Positions 44,339 to 52,203 of a stretch of DNA of 64,000 nt are shown here, piece by piece. Under the pieces are notes generated by a model. It was not told where the DNA came from. It ran no database searches and saw nothing but the letters and a program-made list of their open reading frames with translations. The position numbers and the translations under genes were made by a program. The DNA comes from a virus (Duplodnaviria; Heunggongvirae; Uroviricota; Caudoviricetes): the IMG/VR virus record IMGVR_UViG_3300027509_000001, positions 64,001 through 128,000 of that record. The stretch is one strand, 5' to 3'. Numbering within the stretch: position 1 is the stretch's first letter; each line of letters begins with the position of its first letter.

Positions 44339-44949
44339 ATAATATCTCTAATTATTATTTCAGCATATTGTTCTTGTGTTAATTCATTTTTATTGACCGA
44401 TTCGCTTATAGGAGCTAAGAATGCTTGATGTGTAGATGGATTAGAAACAAAATCCCAACAAACCAAATTATAATCTTCTGATACTGCGACTGTTTCTTCG
44501 TCTACTTGTGTTACCGATCCCATTCCCCTTGAACTTATACCAACTGTCAAACCAGCTAATATTAATTCCTTTAATATATTTCCAGAAGGCGTATTCAATA
44601 TTTCGACAGTTCCAACAACATCATTTCCTTCCCACCATATTTTTCTTATTACGTGCGATACGTTTCTGAAATTTACTACACTTGAATCTGGATGATCTAA
44701 TTCTCCATATGCTCTATTTTCTGCTATAAAAACCTTTTCATAGTTTTTAACTTCTCTTTCTAAAATATTTCTTGGATAAATTCGTTTATTTTGATTCTTA
44801 GCTTCAGCTCTTTGTAATACTCCAGTTACTAATAAACTACCACCATTCTTTTTGATAGATTCTTCTAGCCTAGTTCTGACTTGTGATGGATTTAAACCCT
44901 TTATTTCATTAATAAGAAATGGCTGAGATGTTAATATTGGTTGTTTCAT
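44305..44949 (-). CDS. Prohead core protease (gp21-like)
   Basis: GVLQRAEAKNQNKRIYP, AYGELDHPDS, VGISSRGMGSV, WDFVSNPST. Confidence 0.95.
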   Translation of the reverse strand: MKQPILTSQPFLINEIKGLNPSQVRTRLEESIKKNGGSLLVTGVLQRAEAKNQNKRIYPRNILEREVKNYEKVFIAENRAYGELDHPDSSVVNFRNVSHVIRKIWWEGNDVVGTVEILNTPSGNILKELILAGLTVGISSRGMGSVTQVDEETVAVSEDYNLVCWDFVSNPSTHQAFLAPISESVNKNELTQEQYAEIIIRDIICELAGNCCLK

Positions 44950-45383
44950 TATTTCATTTGCCTTAATTGTTTGCTAATGGTAAGCAACCTCTTTTCTATT
45001 TTTGTAAATTTATCAAATGTTCCTTTCCAGTAAAATACGTCTTGTTTACTATTCGATTTTAATTTCAAACAATGTTTTAACGCTCTTTCCATTGAAATTA
45101 AATCTGAATTTATTTCTTTGATTTTAATATTAATTGTTTGTCGATCGTTTTTTGTCGGGTCATTGGTAAAATCTTTATATGTAGCTTCCGACATAAGCGA
45201 AGGATCTACTTTATTCATTGTCCTAATAAACATCTCTTCCATCTTATCTTCATAAGGTGTAGATTCTTTGCTAGGCTCTGTTTCCTCATCGCTAAAGGCT
45301 TTTTTACTAGATTCGAAGTCATTATTGCCCGTGTCATTATTTTCTAGTAACAAGGCATCTATTTGATTAAATAACTTGTTCAT
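44949..45383 (-). CDS. Hypothetical prohead core protein
   Basis: Between portal and protease; acidic N-terminus with LLLE motif. Confidence 0.6.
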   Translation of the reverse strand: MNKLFNQIDALLLENNDTGNNDFESSKKAFSDEETEPSKESTPYEDKMEEMFIRTMNKVDPSLMSEATYKDFTNDPTKNDRQTINIKIKEINSDLISMERALKHCLKLKSNSKQDVFYWKGTFDKFTKIEKRLLTISKQLRQMK

Positions 45384-46210
45384 TTATTACTTTTTAAAAC
45401 ATCCAACAATTCATAATATTTTAACATTGACGAAACATGATTTTCTTTAATAATATTACTTGTCAGAATTAATTTTGTCATAGACGATATTTCGTTTAAT
45501 TTAATTTCTAACGATTTATTTTTCGAGGTATCAATTTTATCAATATTATTTTTAATATTAGCGACTTCACTATAAATATATTCTTTAAAAGAAGTAGACT
45601 GGGTGTTTTCGTTTATATATTTACTAAGTAGAGTTTTTTGCTTAGTATTTAGATTTTTATATTTGTTATTAAATTTTTCAATTAATAACTTTAACGCAAT
45701 TTTCTTGACTGCTGGATCTTGACTTTCCCAAAGTTGGTCTGATTTTTCATCTCCCGAAGTAGTATTTTTTATTTGTTCCACTAAAGTTGCATGGCATTCT
45801 GCATATAATACTGGGGCTTTACTGCTATTATTTTCAAATAGTTTATATATATTGCCCAATTTTTTATATGAAGATATTCTATTACTAAAGAAGGAATCGT
45901 CGTAATTCTCTTTAATTTCTTTAATTAAGTTGTACTTCTCATGGCTTAATTTTCTATTATTAATTGTAGCTCTTTCCGCTAAAACAATATCGATTAGCTT
46001 TCCTACTGCATTATGGGCTAAATTGGTAGTTTCTGCTAATGCCTTGTACAAACTTAATTCTTTATGCAATAATGTATTCTTATTAAAATACTTTTTAATA
46101 AAATTGGCGCTGTGGGCTGTTTTATTTTCTACAACATCTGTCACTAATTGTCTAGACAATAGTTCAAATATTAATCCAGTATTTTTATACTTAGAGTTTT
46201 TTAATTTCAT
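45380..46210 (-). CDS. Hypothetical head-associated protein
   Basis: KNSKYKNTGLIFELLSRQ; helical; directly downstream of portal. Confidence 0.65.
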   Translation of the reverse strand: MKLKNSKYKNTGLIFELLSRQLVTDVVENKTAHSANFIKKYFNKNTLLHKELSLYKALAETTNLAHNAVGKLIDIVLAERATINNRKLSHEKYNLIKEIKENYDDSFFSNRISSYKKLGNIYKLFENNSSKAPVLYAECHATLVEQIKNTTSGDEKSDQLWESQDPAVKKIALKLLIEKFNNKYKNLNTKQKTLLSKYINENTQSTSFKEYIYSEVANIKNNIDKIDTSKNKSLEIKLNEISSMTKLILTSNIIKENHVSSMLKYYELLDVLKSNK

Positions 46211-46244
46211 GTATTACCGATTCCTGTTTAAAGAAAGTATAATA

Positions 46245-49200
46245 TTATATATCAGTGTCGTCGGATAAAACCAAAGATTCTTCATTTAACATACTTATTC
46301 CATGCAAATCTTTTAATGGAGTTTCAGTAATAAATGTAGATTTAATTGCATTTGATTTTGCAGATACGTATGTTTGTGGTATCGATTTAATGGCTTCCTT
46401 TTTCATTTTCAATCCACGTTGTAGTGTTTTGGAACCATCTGGATCTTCTCCGTTTATATCGTCTTGCTTTCTTCCAAATTTAGTTTTTTTAGTTGGACGT
46501 CCTGGATTATCTTCTCTTTTATCTCCTTTGTATAAATTCTTAATATTACTCGGATCGTGGGGTTTTGCCAATTTATCTACATCTCCTTTTTGAGCGTCCT
46601 TTTTTGCTTCTTCGTTTTCTTTATTCTCTTGACCCTGAGTCCAGGCTGCATATGCCATGTCGTGTGGTGTTCCGAAGGATCTACCTGTTTTTTCTGGATC
46701 ATTCCCTTCGGCTTCAATTTGCGCTTCTCTAAATCCGCGTTTAAGATCTTCTATTACTGCACTTTCTTCTTTTTCAATTTCTTCTGGATCCAGACTAAAT
46801 AAGTTAGTATAGACATATTCTCTAGAGAATAATTTACTTTCTAACATTTGGGTTACTAATGACATTTTCTCATTAAGCATATCTATTTTCTGTCTTTCAT
46901 AGATTATGCTAGGCGGGGTTAATGATATAGTAAAACTTAATAAATCTTCGTCTTTAAATCCTTGAGTATATAAATGTACATATGCCATCTTATATAACTC
47001 TCCAACAATCACTTTTTGAATTCTTTCTACTGTTCTAGCGAACCTAATATCTTCTGCTGCGAGAACTGAATTATGTATTATAACTCCAGCTGACGTTCCG
47101 AAGTTATGATATTTGTCAACAGTTATATCGCATGTATCAATTGAATTCGACTGCCATTCAACTCTAACCACTTTATGATTTAAATATCTTGGCTCGTATT
47201 TTCTGTAATTTTGCATAAATGCTTTATTCTCTAATGCCAATGGCATGCAATTGAATATGAATTCAATTTTATCTACATTTAAATAATTCCATAATTTATT
47301 TAATACATTTCGAGTAATTCCTAATGATTTCTCTAAATGAGAAAATGAATTACAAGATTCGGCTGTTTCAATTAATTGTTTATAGCTTATATTTTTATAC
47401 TTTGATTTACTTGGAGTTTGGTACGACTCCGGATGATTTTTCTGATATTCAATTCTACATGACGATGTGCAAAATCGTGTTATATCTTTACGATAATGAT
47501 GAATTTGGTAGTTAATTGAACAATTATCACATGTAGAAAATAGATCCGGTTTTTTATTGGCTGGTCCGTTGTCTTTTACCCATTGACCAAGTTTAGGACC
47601 AGATATCTTTCCACCGATTAATCCACCCATTCTACAATGTATCTTCTTTAATGGAGATTTATTATATGCGATCATGTTTGGATTTTTCTGCATATCAGCA
47701 GCATGAGTGGCATGAAATTGTCTATGCTCCCAAAAAGACATTGTACCATCTAAATTTTCTGGATTGTTGTTTCTGCCATTGTAATCAATATGGTGGAGTA
47801 CATTTGTTCCCTCCTTTATATTAAATTGATCTCCTACAATTCGATGTACTAATTTATATTTTCCATCGCATGGTTGATAAACTGTCGTGTAATGGTCTTT
47901 ATAACCGCCATTACTTAGATATAAGGGCATCAATGATAGATTTGGAGTTAAGTTTTGCGCTTCTACCCAAAGTCCATCACGGGTAAGGAATTTGTGGTCT
48001 GGTGTACATTCTATAAACTTATCATTATCTAACCAAACCTTTACAGTTTGAGTATTCATTCTAGTGAAGCCAGCCCATGTTATTTTGCCCGCTTTAATTG
48101 TATTATCTGATTCGTCAAGTGAGTAAGTGTAGTTAATTATTCCATTTTTATAATCTTCAATTAACTCTCGTACCGTTTTAGTTTCTCCACTAATTAACGG
48201 TATTTCAGTATCCGGGCTTATACATTTCCCTTCCACATCGGCATCGTATCCGAGGTATGCTTTTGGTATTTTAAGATACGCCATCATTTTATTTCGAAGA
48301 TACTCAATATCGGTTATTGCACCATCATTACTTAATCCATCTAATGTATTTATTTCTGTACTCGATTTTCCACCTCTAACCGGCAAATAAAAATCTTCCA
48401 TTGCATTCATTAGATTATATCTTAAGTTATACGATCCATCGTCATTAACATGTGGTATTTTTTTATTAGCATTAATTATTTCTTCGATGTGAGAGTCTAC
48501 TTCTTCTGGTGGAATAAGCCCTACGTCAATCTTAAATACCCTTCGTTCTGGCGCTCTCATTATTCTATGTAATAACATTGCATCTTCCATTAATAATAAC
48601 TGCTTAAATGTTTTCCTAGAACCTTCTACCATTGATTTACCATAAGGCAAATAATTAGTATCACTTAATAATCTAAAATGTGAAACTTCGTATCTTTCAA
48701 AAATATTTTTATTTAACTGAGTATATCCTTCGCCCTCATACACAAATACAGTTCGCAGATCTTCTCCGTGATTCTCTCTTCTTCTCATTAAAGATGGATG
48801 GACTGGTAACGCATCCACTAATCCAACTTTTGGTTGAACATCATGCAATAAAAACATGTCTCCGTTTTTACATAAAGCTCTTGCCCAATGCCATAAATTA
48901 AATTCAATATTAAGTACGTCGTAAAATAAGTTATTGAGTATTTTCTTTATATTTTCATTCTTAGTAGTAATACTCAATAATTCCCCATGAACATTCTTAG
49001 TAGTGGATTCATCTGCATATACATCTAATGCACCAGATAGAATTGCATCAGAGTCCATTAATTCATAATCAGAATACAATTGCATTCTAACTGCCTCTAT
49101 ATGCTCTTGAGTAGAATTTATAGAAGACCATCCAGATTGATTGTATGCTTTTCTTAAGCGTCGATATCTACTATATCGGGTTTGCTTATTACCGACAGCC

Positions 49201-49301
49201 TGTGTTTTGTCTAGGTCAATAAGTTTTAATCGATTTCCAGATGTCTTTGTTAATACAAGTTTTCTAGAAAACAAATTTATTAAAGTGTCGCGTAATGCCA
49301 T
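46245..49301 (-). CDS. Portal protein (gp20-like) interrupted by an intein
   Basis: DYELMDSDAILSGALDVYADE, LMEDAMLLHRIMRAPERRVFKIDVG, EDFYLPVRG, YLKIPKAYL, AEDIRFARTVERIQ; about 633 aa mature. Confidence 0.95.
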   Translation of the reverse strand: MALRDTLINLFSRKLVLTKTSGNRLKLIDLDKTQAVGNKQTRYSRYRRLRKAYNQSGWSSINSTQEHIEAVRMQLYSDYELMDSDAILSGALDVYADESTTKNVHGELLSITTKNENIKKILNNLFYDVLNIEFNLWHWARALCKNGDMFLLHDVQPKVGLVDALPVHPSLMRRRENHGEDLRTVFVYEGEGYTQLNKNIFERYEVSHFRLLSDTNYLPYGKSMVEGSRKTFKQLLLMEDAMLLHRIMRAPERRVFKIDVGLIPPEEVDSHIEEIINANKKIPHVNDDGSYNLRYNLMNAMEDFYLPVRGGKSSTEINTLDGLSNDGAITDIEYLRNKMMAYLKIPKAYLGYDADVEGKCISPDTEIPLISGETKTVRELIEDYKNGIINYTYSLDESDNTIKAGKITWAGFTRMNTQTVKVWLDNDKFIECTPDHKFLTRDGLWVEAQNLTPNLSLMPLYLSNGGYKDHYTTVYQPCDGKYKLVHRIVGDQFNIKEGTNVLHHIDYNGRNNNPENLDGTMSFWEHRQFHATHAADMQKNPNMIAYNKSPLKKIHCRMGGLIGGKISGPKLGQWVKDNGPANKKPDLFSTCDNCSINYQIHHYRKDITRFCTSSCRIEYQKNHPESYQTPSKSKYKNISYKQLIETAESCNSFSHLEKSLGITRNVLNKLWNYLNVDKIEFIFNCMPLALENKAFMQNYRKYEPRYLNHKVVRVEWQSNSIDTCDITVDKYHNFGTSAGVIIHNSVLAAEDIRFARTVERIQKVIVGELYKMAYVHLYTQGFKDEDLLSFTISLTPPSIIYERQKIDMLNEKMSLVTQMLESKLFSREYVYTNLFSLDPEEIEKEESAVIEDLKRGFREAQIEAEGNDPEKTGRSFGTPHDMAYAAWTQGQENKENEEAKKDAQKGDVDKLAKPHDPSNIKNLYKGDKREDNPGRPTKKTKFGRKQDDINGEDPDGSKTLQRGLKMKKEAIKSIPQTYVSAKSNAIKSTFITETPLKDLHGISMLNEESLVLSDDTDI
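47070..48224 (-). mobile_element. 385 aa intein with HNH endonuclease in portal
   Basis: CISPDTEIP start, CTPDHKFLT block B, VHRIV...LHHIDYNGRNNNPENL HNH, TCDITVDKYHNF...IIHN end, Ser+1. Confidence 0.92.
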
Positions 49302-49327
49302 AGATTAATGTTTCTTTTATACTATAA

Positions 49328-50917
49328 TTATAATAGCCAACGGAAAGAAACGGTTTCTTTGCCTACTTTTCTTGAATATGGGTCGTTTTTAATTGAATTA
49401 GGCTTATGAACGCCTTTAAATGTTTTCCGTAACGTCTTTCGATGTACATCTATTCCTATTTGCCTTAAACGCAATGCCGTATCTTTAATAAACAAAAATA
49501 TACCCAATGCCATAACTAAATCATCATTATATCCTGGTGAAGCTTGAGCTTTTCCATTTCTCCATTTAAATACAAATAACTCTCCAATAGTTCTAGAAGA
49601 TTTAATTATTACTGCTCTGTCTCGCATATGTATTTCTATCTTGGATATCATAATTGGACGGGTTCTGCTATTTGTACTAAATCCAGGGATCATGTCTTCT
49701 TTAGATTTTAGATCATACATTTTAGCTAAATGAATATTGGAATCTAAGAAAGGATCTAATCTATAACTATAATATAAATTATCATAACCAGAGTCAAGTA
49801 CCGTTTGAACTGTGCTCCAGCCTATATTTAAATTTTCTATTACTAATAATGCATTATTCCATTCAGTGGCGGCTGCTACTAACATTTTACCAAATACGTC
49901 TGTTGGTACCTTTCCTTTATATTCTGCAACTTGCTCTAGTTTTTCAACATCAAATACATGAAATGTAGAATAATCAGTTCCGTCTCCCCTTGATACATCT
50001 GCCACAATTACGTAACTTATTGAATAATCTGGATAATTCCACATCCAATAATTATTATCTATACCCCGCATTTCCTTTGGAGGTTCTACCATATTAGTTT
50101 TATAATATTTAAGGATATCTCCTTCTACGACAGTATGTCCAGATGAAATGAAGTCACAATCGCATTCCTGGGCTGCTTGTTTTTCTCCCAATAACACCGT
50201 CTGCTGGTTTCTCCACGTTTGATCTCTGTCAGGATGTAGGTCCCATTTAAGGTTTATTGGATTGAATACTTCTAGACCTTCTGGAGCTTCTTGAGATTCT
50301 GCTTGTTCCCATAACTTATGAAACAAATTACCTACACCATTTGGAGTAGACAATACTATTGCGGATCCACCTGTTGAAAGTGTCATTTGCGCACCTGTCC
50401 AAATATGATCTATATTATCGACGAAAGCTGCTTCATCTATTATTAACAATGAAAGTGCCTCAGAACGTCCAGCTGTTTTTGATGCAGATACTGCTTTTAT
50501 TGAAGACCCGTTTGCAAATGAAATTGACATCTCATTATTTTTAACCAATTCAGTTGTTTCTTTTAACCAACTTGGTAAATTGGCAAACATTACTTTAACC
50601 TTTTGTACCAAGTTAATTGCCACTGATTGGTTGGTTGCAATTACAAGTATTTTAAAATTTTCAGCCGAAAGCATTTTATATAAAGAATATCCAGCAGTTA
50701 AGGTTGATATACCCATTTGTCTAGATTTTAAGATTATATTAAATCGATTATCTAGAAATTCAGACAAGGTACGTTCTTGAAATGGATATAAATTAAAATT
50801 AATCTTACCTTTCATTGGATGTTCAATTTTACAATACTTCTTCATAAAATGAACTGGGTCAGTCATTGATCTTGACTTTTCTGCCCTTATAATATCCTTA
50901 ATGCTTTTTTGTGCCAC
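49328..50917 (-). CDS. terL: Terminase large subunit (gp17-like)
   Basis: LKSRQMGISTL, GRSEALSLLIIDEAAF, LSTPNG, QECDCDF, ADVSRGDGTDYS, LVIENL, NDDLVMAL; GTG start. Confidence 0.95.
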   Translation of the reverse strand: MAQKSIKDIIRAEKSRSMTDPVHFMKKYCKIEHPMKGKINFNLYPFQERTLSEFLDNRFNIILKSRQMGISTLTAGYSLYKMLSAENFKILVIATNQSVAINLVQKVKVMFANLPSWLKETTELVKNNEMSISFANGSSIKAVSASKTAGRSEALSLLIIDEAAFVDNIDHIWTGAQMTLSTGGSAIVLSTPNGVGNLFHKLWEQAESQEAPEGLEVFNPINLKWDLHPDRDQTWRNQQTVLLGEKQAAQECDCDFISSGHTVVEGDILKYYKTNMVEPPKEMRGIDNNYWMWNYPDYSISYVIVADVSRGDGTDYSTFHVFDVEKLEQVAEYKGKVPTDVFGKMLVAAATEWNNALLVIENLNIGWSTVQTVLDSGYDNLYYSYRLDPFLDSNIHLAKMYDLKSKEDMIPGFSTNSRTRPIMISKIEIHMRDRAVIIKSSRTIGELFVFKWRNGKAQASPGYNDDLVMALGIFLFIKDTALRLRQIGIDVHRKTLRKTFKGVHKPNSIKNDPYSRKVGKETVSFRWLL

Positions 50918-50925
50918 CTAAACCC

Positions 50926-51273
50926 CTACCTAATATTACCTAAGGCAAAACCTAATCCCAAAAAGAACCATGGCTGCTCGTAGAATTTTTTATTGCCATT
51001 TATATTTAATGATTTGAGATCTAATGCAATGCCTTTGTACATTTCCAATTGCCTCTCTTTGAGAAATTCTATTTTATCTCGCTGATCTCCTAATAGTATA
51101 TAATTTTGTATTTGCCGTTCTTGAGAAGATATAATTTCAGATTGCAATTTAGATTTCTTCTCTAAATAAATAATATATTGCGCTGCAAACCTTATATCTC
51201 TGTCTGATAATGGTTGTGAATTAATATATAATGGGATCAGAAATAATAATATTAATATTACTATCCTTTTCAT
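50926..51273 (-). CDS. Membrane/coiled-coil protein (possible lysis/spanin-like component)
   Basis: N-terminal hydrophobic signal, coiled coil, C-terminal PWFFLGLGFALG. Confidence 0.5.
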   Translation of the reverse strand: MKRIVILILLFLIPLYINSQPLSDRDIRFAAQYIIYLEKKSKLQSEIISSQERQIQNYILLGDQRDKIEFLKERQLEMYKGIALDLKSLNINGNKKFYEQPWFFLGLGFALGNIR

Positions 51274-51556
51274 ATTGTTGTGCCCTTCTTTTTATTATCT
51301 GTATTGCTTCATCTAAAGGTAACGAGTCGATGCCGATCGAATTCATGCTATCCTTTAAAATCTGAATATTTTCTTTTTGTTGTTCAATTTTATCTAATGT
51401 TATAATTAGATTATTTTCATTATTTTTTATGACAGGTGACAATTCTTCTGCTTTGTCTATATCAGCTTGAATTCTTTTTGCATTCATCTTTTGCCATATA
51501 GTGTAAACTGAAAGGGCAATTAATAAACCAAATAAAAACATTATAATATATTTCAT
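51221..51556 (-). CDS. N-terminally anchored coiled-coil membrane protein
   Basis: MKYIIMFLFGLLIALSVYTIW then coiled coil; overlaps the next gene by 53 bp. Confidence 0.55.
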   Translation of the reverse strand: MKYIIMFLFGLLIALSVYTIWQKMNAKRIQADIDKAEELSPVIKNNENNLIITLDKIEQQKENIQILKDSMNSIGIDSLPLDEAIQIIKRRAQQYEKDSNINIIISDPIIY

Positions 51557-52161
51557 AAATTTTCTAATTCCTCGAATACGTATTCTTTGTATTCTTTGTA
51601 TTCTTTGATTATCTTTTTAGCTAATATTTCATTGCCAGCCCAATCTTCGGTTACTCCAGCTTTTCCACTATACGTCGTTTTAGTAGAAATATCCTTTTCT
51701 AATTCCGCTATATACTCGTCCGATTCTTTAAAAAATGAAATTGCGTTGTCTGTTAAAGATGTTTTTTGAAAATCATCCCAAGTTCCATTCAATTTCATTA
51801 GATCTTCTTGTTCAATAGAACATTGATGACACATGCCCCTATAGGCTCTAAATTTCCTATCAATCCACGTTTTCTTTTTTAACTTACATGTGGGTTTACA
51901 ATTTGGATATGAATTAAGAAATTCTCTGGCCTTGTCTATTGCCGCATAGTTTGGAGAGCGTTTGACCCGATATCCCTGCCTTTGTTCCCAGATTGCAGTC
52001 ACCTTTCCGTCTGCATCTTTCTGTTCCCATTTTTCTCCTACTTCTCTAACTTTGCTTTTTTCGGCTGCATCTTCTACACCTTGGTAACTAATAGATGTTT
52101 TATTTTGCGATACGTGCTTTCCAGACTTTATTTTTTGTAATCTTTCTAAATTAAATCCCAT
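51553..52161 (-). CDS. Hypothetical protein with Cys cluster
   Basis: WEQRQGYRVK, CKPTC...GMCHQC. Confidence 0.65.
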   Translation of the reverse strand: MGFNLERLQKIKSGKHVSQNKTSISYQGVEDAAEKSKVREVGEKWEQKDADGKVTAIWEQRQGYRVKRSPNYAAIDKAREFLNSYPNCKPTCKLKKKTWIDRKFRAYRGMCHQCSIEQEDLMKLNGTWDDFQKTSLTDNAISFFKESDEYIAELEKDISTKTTYSGKAGVTEDWAGNEILAKKIIKEYKEYKEYVFEELENL

Positions 52162-52203
52162 ATAAAATTCTTTGTTATATATAGGATTCTTTAAAGGAAT
52201 TTA

